Below are positions 30,447-39,023 of a stretch of 64,000 bases of DNA, piece after piece. Within the stretch, counting starts at the first letter, position 1. Every line of letters begins with the position of its first letter. This DNA comes from an uncultured Patescibacteria group bacterium (GTDB lineage Bacteria; Patescibacteriota; Microgenomatia; UBA1400; PJMF01), in the NCBI GenBank assembly GCA_905478415.1, contig CAJQIG010000001.1, positions 309,892-373,891 on the forward strand. The letters are read 5' to 3'. Under the pieces are notes generated by a model, which had not been told where the DNA came from, did not search any database, and worked only from the letters and a program-made list of their open reading frames with translations. Position numbers and translations under genes: made by a program.

Positions 30447-31800
30447 TTACTACCAAAAAATATAAAAAGAAACTAAATGCTGACAACATTGTCAACTTTC
30501 TTACTATGCCTGGATGGTACCGCTTTGGAAGCTCTCTTCTATTCAAAAAGTACACAAACCCAAAGGACATCATCATGGCCGCAGCATTAAGAATAGCTGA
30601 AAAAGTAATTAAAACTCTTGGTTCAGTGATACCCCACATATAAATACCGATACCAAGTAAAATCTGCAACCACAACACAATATAAAACCCTTTTGAAACA
30701 TTTACTTTTTGTCCTTTTTTATACGTAAGCAACAACACATTTTCAGAAATAATTCGGGCAGAAGATTCTAATACTCCTAACTGGGTTGAAAAAAGCATCA
30801 AAGCAGCGAGTAATAAGAAGAATATCTTTACCGTTGTCCCCAATGCATCACCAATAACGTTTGCTTCCATATACAAAAAACTGAGCCCTGACTCTACCAC
30901 CCGACCATACACTGTGGCTCTGGCTAGAGCTGAAAGCACAATAATACTCAAAAGTCCCAAGGTCCAAAAAACCATGAAGTGTTCAAGTGTTACCATCTTC
31001 CACCAAGCTTTCCATCGTTTTCTATTGGTGGGTGTATCAGAAAACAGATGCCCTTCAATTGAAATCGGCTGAGCATCCTTTGAAAAAAGTGAGCTAATTT
31101 TGGCTGCATACTTGCCCATTCCAAAACCCTTTTCCTTGACGTAATACGACTGAGCTAAATTTAAATTTCCCCCAGCACCTGCATAAGCAAACGCACCCAG
31201 AAAACTTGCTATCGAAACACCAGACGGGAAAAACCACCAATTTTCACCTCGCCCCATAAGTCCAAGGGCTACTTCTTGCCAATCCGTGCCCTTGGTTAAC
31301 AGTAGGGCAACTATAAATAAAAATGGTAATCCTAATAGGATAACCGTTTTTTGAAATCGTTCCATGGTCGCATAAATTGACTTTCCTGCTGTCAAGATGA
31401 GTCCTGTGATCAAAAGCAAACCAATAGCCACCATCTTTTCTGGCATCCAAGGAATAAATGAACTTAAAATCTCAGAGGCTGCAGATGAAAATCCCGGAAT
31501 TGACCAGGGAATAAAGGTAGAAATGATATACCACAGTGTCACAAGAACACCCATGCGCCGAAATCCCAGAAATACACTCTCACCCCGAGCCAAACTGTAT
31601 CGCATCACCTCGGTATTGAGAACGTATTGAAATGAGATACCAACTAATGCTCCCCACAATAATCCCAAACCATAGTTCGCGGCTAAGTAGGGCCACAAGA
31701 TAAGTTCACCACTGCCTAGTGCTAATCCTAGTAGAATAAATGAAGGGCCAAGTGTCTTGGAAAGAGAAGGTGGAGTACCTAAAGTAAATTTTTTGGGCAT
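30433..31800 (-). CDS. Nramp/MntH-like divalent metal transporter family membrane protein
   Basis: 11-12 TM; N-terminal GPSFILLGLALGSGELILWP resembles Nramp signature. Confidence 0.5.
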   Translation of the reverse strand: MPKKFTLGTPPSLSKTLGPSFILLGLALGSGELILWPYLAANYGLGLLWGALVGISFQYVLNTEVMRYSLARGESVFLGFRRMGVLVTLWYIISTFIPWSIPGFSSAASEILSSFIPWMPEKMVAIGLLLITGLILTAGKSIYATMERFQKTVILLGLPFLFIVALLLTKGTDWQEVALGLMGRGENWWFFPSGVSIASFLGAFAYAGAGGNLNLAQSYYVKEKGFGMGKYAAKISSLFSKDAQPISIEGHLFSDTPTNRKRWKAWWKMVTLEHFMVFWTLGLLSIIVLSALARATVYGRVVESGLSFLYMEANVIGDALGTTVKIFFLLLAALMLFSTQLGVLESSARIISENVLLLTYKKGQKVNVSKGFYIVLWLQILLGIGIYMWGITEPRVLITFSAILNAAAMMMSFGFVYFLNRRELPKRYHPGIVRKLTMLSAFSFFLYFLVVTILG

Positions 31801-31899
31801 GGCTGGATAAGATCCTGTATCTTATTCTAGATGAATTTTGAATAGCAGACAAGTGGAGTGAAAAAAATGCCGCCCAAATACTTTGAACGGCATACAATC

Positions 31900-32103
31900 T
31901 TAGGTTAGGACAAATAGTAACAGAAGTCCCCAACCAAAACCAATAATGAGCGCAGTAAAACCTGACCCATAGAGCATTAATATGGCGGCATACTTGCGCT
32001 TTGTTGGATCCTTTAGATACCAGTCATTTTGAAAAAGCAAACTGGCAAGAATCAACAACAGAATTCCAATGACTAAAAAAACAATTGGACCTGTGATACC
32101 CAC
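31900..32103 (-). CDS. small two-TM membrane protein, GTG start
   Basis: AGGAGG RBS 7 nt upstream of GTG at 32103. Confidence 0.45.
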   Translation of the reverse strand: MGITGPIVFLVIGILLLILASLLFQNDWYLKDPTKRKYAAILMLYGSGFTALIIGFGWGLLLLFVLT

Positions 32104-32204
32104 AAAAATTCCTCCTTTTTGTGTGAATTACCCAAATTATAACATATAATATAAGCTCTTGTGGAGATGAGAACCCTACTCGTTCCCAATGGTATACTAA
32201 CCTT

Positions 32205-32927
32205 ATGTCTTCTCTAGTATCTTTCAAAACATATGGTTCAGGTCAAACCACCCTAGTCTGCTTTCCTGGTTGGCTCCATCCACTCGAAAAAGAACCACTC
32301 TTTTTAAAACTTTTGAGCAAAGAATTCACTGTTATCTCGGTACTCTTACCTGGATACATGGGTACTGCCGATGCAGATTCCCTCTCTGACTTTCCTGCTT
32401 TAGCACAAGATATTCATTCGTTTCTAAAAAAAATTCACAGTAAAAAAATTGTTTTAGTGGGGTTTTCTTTAGGCTGCCGACTGATAATGGAACTAGAAAA
32501 ACAGTTCCCCAGTGCTCACCCAAAAATCTTTGTTGGTTGCCCTATTGGTAGCTACCAGATTCCCTTTTGGGCAAAGCCTTTACTTTCGAAATCAAAGATT
32601 GTAAATGTATTGAGAAAAAGCAGTGTAATCAAGAAAAAAATTGTTACAATGGCACTGAGAAAACTCAGCACAAGGAAAGCGATTTTTAGAGATACATCTG
32701 TTTCTCTTACTGGCGCCTTTGACTCTTTAGTTGCCTTACTACTCAGCAAGACTGATGATTCCTTGTTTACTCAGAATGCTCTCTTTATTTATGGGGAAAA
32801 TGATGCTTACACTCAGCTTGCAAAAGTGCTTTCGCCAAAAAATATCATCTTTATTAAAAATGCAGAACACAACTGCGTTAGATCTAATGAAAAAAGAGTT
32901 ATAAAACACATGAGAGAATTTATTTAG
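32205..32927 (+). CDS. alpha/beta hydrolase
   Basis: GFSLG nucleophile elbow. Confidence 0.55.
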   Translation: MSSLVSFKTYGSGQTTLVCFPGWLHPLEKEPLFLKLLSKEFTVISVLLPGYMGTADADSLSDFPALAQDIHSFLKKIHSKKIVLVGFSLGCRLIMELEKQFPSAHPKIFVGCPIGSYQIPFWAKPLLSKSKIVNVLRKSSVIKKKIVTMALRKLSTRKAIFRDTSVSLTGAFDSLVALLLSKTDDSLFTQNALFIYGENDAYTQLAKVLSPKNIIFIKNAEHNCVRSNEKRVIKHMREFI

Positions 32928-32948
32928 TAAAAAAGTTAGGAGTTACAA

Positions 32949-33326
32949 ATGATACAACAAGAACAAAAAAGAAGAATGCCAACACAAGCTGAAGCAAATC
33001 AGCGTCACGGGCATGTCTACATTACTCGTTTGATGAACACAGAGGACTTACAAACAATAGAAGCAGACTTTGGCCAAATTGCATTAGCTTTCAGAAGAAT
33101 TAAAGCTGAAGAAATTGGTTCAAGCTTTCATCCAGGATTAATTGAAACGAGGTACTTAGCTTTGGCTGGCAGTTTTGTTCCTAAGTATCTTGATAAACTG
33201 GTACAAGGAAATGCAACCGGTGACGATGCCACATCAATTAGATCAGCAATTGAATCTGTCGAACTTGGAGAAGTTGAGTATCCAGTTACGGTTACAACTT
33301 TGAAAAAGTTGTTCGTTGGTTTGTAA
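32949..33326 (+). CDS. hypothetical protein
   Basis: ORF with RBS aggag. Confidence 0.4.
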   Translation: MIQQEQKRRMPTQAEANQRHGHVYITRLMNTEDLQTIEADFGQIALAFRRIKAEEIGSSFHPGLIETRYLALAGSFVPKYLDKLVQGNATGDDATSIRSAIESVELGEVEYPVTVTTLKKLFVGL

Positions 33327-33343
33327 AGAAATACTGTAAAATT

Positions 33344-33368
33344 GAATGTGCTTGGAACTTATTTTGTA
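33344..33368. repeat. degenerate copy of array repeat (gaatgtgcttggaacttattttgta)
   Basis: Shares tgttggaact core; gene stop TAA (33359-33361) lies inside. Confidence 0.4.
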
Positions 33369-33841
33369 TAGTATTCTCTATTTCTCTTAGCCTCATTAGT
33401 ACTCCAAGCCATGGCTTTCTGTGCATCATCTTGACTTTGCAATGGAATACTTTCCACCCATTTTAAATCTTCTGGCAATAAATGATCAAAATCTTTACCT
33501 GGCAAAATGGTATAAAAATCTCCTGGTATTTCTTCTGGGGGAAAACCCGTATTAATTAAAATCTTTAACCCAGCAGCAGAATCAGTGACGCTCGTCATTG
33601 AAATATTAGTTATCGAAACTGCACTATGACCAGTAATTTGCACTAGCCTTATCTGGTATTTAGAAAGATCAACTTTTTCAATAAGCATTTTTGCTATTTT
33701 AACTGCTTTTCTATGGCAAATATCATTATGTAAATTTTCATTTCCCAGTGCTTCTAGAATTACTGCTTTCAACTCTGTTTCTAGTTGCACTAATTCCTGC
33801 TTTGAAAAAGGGGTTTTGTCAAAACCTGATATTTCTGTCAT
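33359..33841 (-). CDS. hypothetical cargo protein 6 of repeat-delimited array
   Basis: ORF; stop overlaps degenerate repeat copy. Confidence 0.5.
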   Translation of the reverse strand: MTEISGFDKTPFSKQELVQLETELKAVILEALGNENLHNDICHRKAVKIAKMLIEKVDLSKYQIRLVQITGHSAVSITNISMTSVTDSAAGLKILINTGFPPEEIPGDFYTILPGKDFDHLLPEDLKWVESIPLQSQDDAQKAMAWSTNEAKRNREYYTK

Positions 33842-33897
33842 AAAACAAATTCTACTATTTTTATAAAAAAATATCGAACACAGATGTACAGTATCGA

Positions 33898-33927
33898 GAA
33901 TTTAGGGTGTTATTGGAACTACTCTAA
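33898..33927. repeat. array repeat copy A (gaatttagggtgttattggaactactctaa)
   Basis: About 80% identical to copies B and C over the ggaactactctaa core. Confidence 0.65.
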
Positions 33928-34379
33928 ACTGATAATGACGATTTAGTGGTATGTTTATTCCTTCTAAATCCGGTTTCTTGATCTATAATTACTGATTCTC
34001 CGTCAAGATGAATAAGTTCTATTTTATTTTTTTTAGTTGTAAGGAAATGTAAAAAATAGTGATTCGACATTTCAATAAATAATTCTAAAGAATCTTTAAA
34101 TAGTTTGGTCGACTCAACACTCATTCCAATTAACTGGTTAAAAAACAAGATAATATCTTCTGAATCATAACTGTCATCAATTTTAGTTCTTCCCGAATCT
34201 AGAACTTCCCAATTCTTACCAATATATAAAATAAGATTACCAGTTTTTTGATTCTGTTTTGAACCAAAATAAAGTGCTAACTCATTGAAAAAGACCTCAA
34301 CATGTAATAGTTCTAAATTCTCTAAATTATAAAATTCTTCTTCGATATCTAAAAATGATTCTTGTGTCATGTTATTCAA
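33924..34379 (-). CDS. hypothetical cargo protein 5 (151 aa)
   Basis: ORF; stop TAG supplied by repeat copy A. Confidence 0.5.
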   Translation of the reverse strand: MNNMTQESFLDIEEEFYNLENLELLHVEVFFNELALYFGSKQNQKTGNLILYIGKNWEVLDSGRTKIDDSYDSEDIILFFNQLIGMSVESTKLFKDSLELFIEMSNHYFLHFLTTKKNKIELIHLDGESVIIDQETGFRRNKHTTKSSLSV

Positions 34380-34430
34380 CTATACATTAAAAAATAGATA
34401 CTCATAAATACTTTATTCAAGATTTTTTTC

Positions 34431-34449
34431 ATATTAATTACTCTAAAAA
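34431..34449. repeat. degenerate array repeat copy E (ttaattactctaaaaag)
   Basis: Matches tactctaa...aaaag of copy B. Confidence 0.35.
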
Positions 34450-35456
34450 GTATTTTCGTACCACTTAAGTGCTCTAATGAGACCTTGATTACAATATTCC
34501 TGTCTGACAACCTCTTCGACATCTTTTTCAGATTTCATCCACCCTTTTAGGGGATCTATCATAGATTTTAAAATATCTTTAGCTTCCTCAATAGAAAATT
34601 TATTTTTTTCACACTCATTTTTAGAAAGACTTATCAGTTCTTCTAGCGGAACTGTCTCAAGTCTAATTCTGTCTGTAGAAGATCTTCTTATACCCCAAGG
34701 AGAAAAGAGTAAAATGCTTTTATTCGATAGTTCGGTACTCAGCACCTCATATAAAACTTTTGCCTGAATAAACGATACAGGACTTTTTCTTTCCCTCGCT
34801 TGTTTTATGGCATGAGTTGTAAAATTTCTGTGCTCTGTACGAAAGTAATCAAGGTCAAAGATCGCAACTTTATAAGGACCATGTTCTTCACCGTTAGTAA
34901 TCTCTTCTAACCAAGAAGTGCCCTTTGTTACCAAATTATAGTTTTGATATGTTTTATTTTCATCTAAAATAAGTTGATAAAAAAACGTGTCTTCAGAAGT
35001 CAGATCTTCTTGTGCTTCTAAAATTGAACCATCATCAAAATATATTTTTAGTACTTTTGATTCTTCACTTACTTCTAAGTTCTTGATTATAAGGGTAGTA
35101 TCTACCAATGTTACTAGTTCATCAGCTACCGCAAGCATATGATACTGTTCATCAATAAACTCATTCTTGAAAACGGAAATTTCTCTACCTTTAGCGTTTT
35201 TCCAACTCCATGTATCTGTTCCAATTGATAAGTGATAGTTAGCTTCATGTTTTTTTGAATATATTGAGATAAATAGTTGCTTTGTGTCTGAAGAACTATT
35301 TTGAATAGTTACTATTCTCAAGCCACTCAAATGATTATTTAACCTGGTTTGTGCCTCTTTGTAAGACAGTTTGTTTGTTTGGTAAAAATTACTCATGTAT
35401 TTATTATACAGTAAGTGTGTGAGGAAGAAGATTTGCAGATTTTCTGTCTTACTCAC
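34443..35456 (-). CDS. hypothetical cargo protein 4 (337 aa)
   Basis: ORF; stop TAG inside degenerate repeat attactctaa. Confidence 0.5.
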   Translation of the reverse strand: MSKTENLQIFFLTHLLYNKYMSNFYQTNKLSYKEAQTRLNNHLSGLRIVTIQNSSSDTKQLFISIYSKKHEANYHLSIGTDTWSWKNAKGREISVFKNEFIDEQYHMLAVADELVTLVDTTLIIKNLEVSEESKVLKIYFDDGSILEAQEDLTSEDTFFYQLILDENKTYQNYNLVTKGTSWLEEITNGEEHGPYKVAIFDLDYFRTEHRNFTTHAIKQARERKSPVSFIQAKVLYEVLSTELSNKSILLFSPWGIRRSSTDRIRLETVPLEELISLSKNECEKNKFSIEEAKDILKSMIDPLKGWMKSEKDVEEVVRQEYCNQGLIRALKWYENTF

Positions 35457-35496
35457 ATAGAATTAAATTTTGTTTAACTTTTTGTAAGAAGCAGAC

Positions 35497-35817
35497 TTAG
35501 GATCGAAAGTGGCCTTGACCACGATAGATCTCAATATCTACTCGTACATATCCCAGATTTGTTGCAAATTCCTTACGATAAAATGCTCGGTTCTGCCCGG
35601 CACTTGCGCCACCTACAGCCCCATCAATGGCTCGTTTTGCGGCATCGATTGCATTACGAAAATCTTGACGATTTCGCAATGAACTATAATAACGGCACGA
35701 TTCCTCGTAAACCTCTTCCAACAATTGCTTGCCTTCTGAGCGTGAACAAGAACCACCGTTATAACTTCGGCTGGCAATATTCTCGCTGCGTACTTGAACT
35801 TGGAATGCTACACTCAT
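35497..35817 (-). CDS. hypothetical cargo protein 3 (106 aa; Gly/Ala/Arg-rich, two CxxC-like pairs)
   Basis: ORF; the antisense track ORF 35559..35819 is judged spurious. Confidence 0.45.
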   Translation of the reverse strand: MSVAFQVQVRSENIASRSYNGGSCSRSEGKQLLEEVYEESCRYYSSLRNRQDFRNAIDAAKRAIDGAVGGASAGQNRAFYRKEFATNLGYVRVDIEIYRGQGHFRS

Positions 35818-36000
35818 GATTTTTACCCCTTGTTTTGAGTGAGGGACAAAATCAACTGCAAATCTTCTTCACTTAAAGAACAGCTATTATCGAGAACTTC
35901 ATACGCAGATGAAGTCCACTAAAAATAACTACGAGGATTATAACATGATTAATATATAACTTAGTATCAAAAGATATCAAAAACTATTGTTTAAAAAACC

Positions 36001-36040
36001 TCGATGTCGGGGGTTTAGAACGATGTTGGAACTACTCTAA
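36001..36040. repeat. array repeat copy B (tcgatgtcgggggtttagaacgatgttggaactactctaa)
   Basis: Read directly; contains internal direct repeat gatgtYgg and terminal inverted repeat ttaga/tctaa. Confidence 0.7.
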
Positions 36041-36355
36041 GTAAAAAGCGGGGTTAACACATCTGACGCTTGAAAAAACGGTTGACTCTACTACTCCATC
36101 AGAAGTTCCTATTAAATTTGTGCCAACAGTACCAGTACGATTAGAGAATACTCGAACATTATCTGGCAATGATGTAACCATCTCATCAAATTTAGACTTC
36201 GGAATCTCACTCAATATCCTGATTCCTATTTTGTCTGGCTTGTCAATTCTCTCATAAAGGTAATTCCCAAAAGGAGAAGCATCTATAATTACTTTTAACT
36301 CATGATATCGAGCTTCTGTTTCATGCAAGTCTATCTCTTCCATACTGCCTTTCAA
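36032..36355 (-). CDS. hypothetical cargo protein 2 (107 aa)
   Basis: ORF; RBS gaaagg; last codons YLE* encoded by repeat copy B. Confidence 0.5.
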   Translation of the reverse strand: MKGSMEEIDLHETEARYHELKVIIDASPFGNYLYERIDKPDKIGIRILSEIPKSKFDEMVTSLPDNVRVFSNRTGTVGTNLIGTSDGVVESTVFSSVRCVNPAFYLE

Positions 36356-36432
36356 TTCTAAAAAGTTATTAATCTTTGAGACAACTCAAATATAACATAT
36401 CAGCATAAAAAAATATCGCCATTTTTTTCTAT

Positions 36433-36470
36433 GCGTCGGGTGTTTGGGACGATGTTGGAACTTTAGTTAA
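36433..36470. repeat. array repeat copy C (gcgtcgggtgtttgggacgatgttggaactttagttaa)
   Basis: 27/29 match to copy B over tcggg..ggacgatgttggaact. Confidence 0.7.
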
Positions 36471-36475
36471 AGAAA

Positions 36476-36904
36476 CTATTCAGTAATAACAGGTGGCCTC
36501 GATACATAGTTTGTATGCCTCCACCAATCAGGAATAAACTTTAAAAAGAGTGTTTTGTCACTTTCATATGATTTAGATTGGGGAAACTTCTTGTAGTGTA
36601 TTGCCGTAATCTTTTCAATCTCTGAGCTGGTTTCAACTAGATAGATTGTTCCACTCAACTGCAGTGTCTGCTTGAGTTCTTCAGTTGTTCCAATAACGAG
36701 CGAAGCATGACACTGTTTAGCATCTGTAAGTTTTTCAACTTTTTTTGTACTACTTTCTGTAAAGAAATATATTTCAAGTGGATCTGGATTACAAGAATAC
36801 AACATGGCAGCTGCATGAACCTTTTCCAAAGGTAATGATGTTGCCAAAACGCTTACGCGTTGTCGTAACAAAAAACTTAATACTTCTTTCGGCAGTGTTT
36901 TCAT
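36476..36904 (-). CDS. pyridoxamine 5'-phosphate oxidase-like (FMN-binding split barrel) family protein
   Basis: N-terminal EVLSFLLRQRVSVLAT...LYSCNPD... pattern typical of the PNPOx-like family. Confidence 0.45.
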   Translation of the reverse strand: MKTLPKEVLSFLLRQRVSVLATSLPLEKVHAAAMLYSCNPDPLEIYFFTESSTKKVEKLTDAKQCHASLVIGTTEELKQTLQLSGTIYLVETSSEIEKITAIHYKKFPQSKSYESDKTLFLKFIPDWWRHTNYVSRPPVITE

Positions 36905-36907
36905 ATC

Positions 36908-37297
36908 TCAAATCACTTTCACAGCTTTTGCATTACGCATCTTTGCATCTGCATACTCAAAAAGCACACCCTGTTTTGACGTAGAATTATTTCTAACAGC
37001 ATGTGAGAGGTTTGGTGGAATTTCAAAAAGTAGAACGGTATCCCCTGACTGCATAGTAACTTCATGTGTAACATCCTCTGCATCTACCCAAAATAAAGAT
37101 AAATCATCCATTGTCACAAACCACTCAGTCCGAGGGTGCGTATGATTACCTCCATAACTGCCAGGAGCTAAAAGAATAATCTGCTGATCTTTAATAAGGT
37201 TTTTCTCAATTGGAAGATCATCTGTGTTTAATACCCAGACCTTTGGATCTTGTTTTTGGTATGAATAATTAAGTTTGGTTATCTTGGGTTCTAACAT
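36908..37297 (-). CDS. cupin domain protein; start moved to internal Met to avoid tRNA overlap
   Basis: GGNHTHPRTEWFV cupin motif 1 and GDTVLLFEIPPNLSHAV motif 2; the track ORF extends over the tRNA gene. Confidence 0.55.
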   Translation of the reverse strand: MLEPKITKLNYSYQKQDPKVWVLNTDDLPIEKNLIKDQQIILLAPGSYGGNHTHPRTEWFVTMDDLSLFWVDAEDVTHEVTMQSGDTVLLFEIPPNLSHAVRNNSTSKQGVLFEYADAKMRNAKAVKVI

Positions 37298-37347
37298 AGA
37301 GCTATCATAGCAGATCACAGGTATTTGCAGAGAATAAAATCGAGGTG

Positions 37348-37421
37348 TCGGGTTGACTGGACTCGAACCAGCGACCTCACGCACCCCATGCGCGCACTCT
37401 AGCCATCTGAGCTACAACCCG
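37348..37421 (-). tRNA. tRNA-Pro (anticodon GGG)
   Basis: Manual cloverleaf: acceptor CGGGTTG/CAACCCG, D-arm GCTC..GAGT, anticodon stem CGCGC/GCGTG, loop AUGGGGU (T33, GGG, G37), T-arm GCTGG-TTCGAGT-CCAGT, discriminator A; 74 nt, CCA not encoded. Confidence 0.8.
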
Positions 37422-37517
37422 GCTTGTATTCTGATATTCTTCCTACTGAAGATGTCAGAATACACTCGTATTATACATATAGTTTTTAATCCAATACTAC
37501 GTAAATTCTCTATAGCA

Positions 37518-37538
37518 AAAGCATGTAAAGTATGCTTT
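37518..37538 (+). promoter_or_regulatory. perfect 7-7 palindrome AAAGCAT-N7-ATGCTTT about 50 nt upstream of recA (candidate operator)
   Basis: Read directly; overlaps the predicted -35 region for a TAATAT -10 at 37544-37549. Confidence 0.4.
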
Positions 37539-37585
37539 AGTAGTAATATAAAAGAATAAAAAACCCAAAACAGTAAGGAGTTTCT

Positions 37586-38644
37586 ATGGCTAGAACAAAG
37601 AAGACTGACACACCAACAAAAGATGGTAAATCAGTTGAACAAAACGCTAAATTACAAGCCGTTAACATTGCAATGCAACAAATTGAAAAAGAGTTTGGCA
37701 AAGGCTCAGTCATGAAAATGGGTGACTCACTCAAAAACATGACCATCATCCCAGCCGTCTCAACTGGCTCCCTCTCGCTCAATCTGGCGTTAGGTGTTGG
37801 TGGCTTTCCAAAAGGAAGAATCGTTGAAATTTACGGACCAGAGGCATCAGGTAAAACCACTATTTGTCTGCACGCTATCGCTGCAACTCAAAAACAAGGT
37901 GGAGTAGCTGCCTTTATTGACGTTGAACATGCTCTTGATCCAACCAGAGCTGAAAAAATCGGTGTTAACCTCGATGATATGATCATTTCTCAACCAGATT
38001 ACGGTGAACAGGCCCTCGAAATTGCCGAAACGCTTATCCGATCGGGTGGTGTGGACATTGTAGTTATCGATTCAGTTGCAGCCTTAGTCCCTAAGTCAGA
38101 AATTGAAGGCGAGATGGGCGATCACCAAATGGGTACTCAAGCACGACTCATGTCTCAAGCAATGAGAAAACTGACTGCAGCTATCAGTAAAACAAAAACC
38201 CTGGTTATCTTCACCAACCAGATTCGACACAAAATTGGAGTCATGTTTGGAAGTCCAGAAACAACTACTGGTGGTAATGCCCTCAAGTTTTATGCTTCGC
38301 AAAGACTCGATATTAGAAAAATTGGCAACATCCAAGAAGGTGATCAGATTGTTGGTAGCAGACACAGAGTCAAAGTTAAGAAAAATAAATTAGCTCCACC
38401 ATTTAGAGTAGCTGAGTTTGATATGGACGAGAATGGTGTTTCTATGACTGGAGACGTGGTCGACATTGGAGTCAGTGAAGGTGTCATAGAAAAGGCAGGT
38501 AGTTTCTATAAATACGATGGTAATGTGCTGGCACAAGGACGAGAGGCCACTAAGAAACATTTTGATGCAAATCCTGATTTCATGAAGAAAATTCAAAAGG
38601 AAATCTGGGCTAAAATCAAAGAAAAGAACCAAATTTCAGATTAA
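37586..38644 (+). CDS. recA: recombinase RecA
   Basis: GPEASGKTT Walker A, full-length conservation, AGGAG RBS. Confidence 0.95.
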   Translation: MARTKKTDTPTKDGKSVEQNAKLQAVNIAMQQIEKEFGKGSVMKMGDSLKNMTIIPAVSTGSLSLNLALGVGGFPKGRIVEIYGPEASGKTTICLHAIAATQKQGGVAAFIDVEHALDPTRAEKIGVNLDDMIISQPDYGEQALEIAETLIRSGGVDIVVIDSVAALVPKSEIEGEMGDHQMGTQARLMSQAMRKLTAAISKTKTLVIFTNQIRHKIGVMFGSPETTTGGNALKFYASQRLDIRKIGNIQEGDQIVGSRHRVKVKKNKLAPPFRVAEFDMDENGVSMTGDVVDIGVSEGVIEKAGSFYKYDGNVLAQGREATKKHFDANPDFMKKIQKEIWAKIKEKNQISD

Positions 38645-38668
38645 GAAATCATTTTGTCAAAAACCCAG

Positions 38669-38695
38669 GTACGTTGCTAAAAAATTGCAACGTAC
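38669..38695 (+). terminator. 9-bp-stem hairpin downstream of recA (no clear U-tract)
   Basis: gtacgttgc-taaaaaatt-gcaacgtac. Confidence 0.35.
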
Positions 38696-38730
38696 GTCTG
38701 GTGAAAATAGATTTTAAAATGAGTTTATCA

Positions 38731-38759
38731 TTGACTCTACACTGCTCGTAGAGTACAAT
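38731..38759 (+). promoter_or_regulatory. sigma70-like promoter TTGACT-N17-TACAAT with inverted repeat CTCTAC..GTAGAG inside the spacer; drives rny via a ~265-nt leader
   Basis: Read directly. Confidence 0.5.
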
Positions 38760-39023
38760 GAGGGCATCATATAGTGAGAAACACTAAAAACTTAAATAGT
38801 TAAAGAAAATTGAATACCAGAGTAACCAAATAAACTATGAACATACTACGACTGACACATCCTACTTTTAAAGAGTAGTTAGCTACCTCAGCACTGTCTT
38901 TGTCGTACCCACATATTTTTTCTCTTCAAATTTTCTCAAGTTTTTATCTTTCTCAAAAATGCAATCAAATAGCTATTGTGATTGTGGGTACAAAACAGTA
39001 CTTACAAACACAAAGGAGAACTT

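Noticed and set aside
35559-35819. 86-aa plus-strand ORF
   Set aside because: It is fully antisense to the minus-strand 106-aa ORF, which matches the strand of the cargo array.
33340-36480. Integron gene-cassette array with attC sites
   Set aside because: The repeats lack the canonical attC core sites (R' GTTRRRY, R'' RYYYAAC) in either orientation: candidates such as GTTGGAAC, GTTCCAAC and GTTCTAA fail the consensus. No intI or attI lies in the window. The description is kept as cassette-like only.
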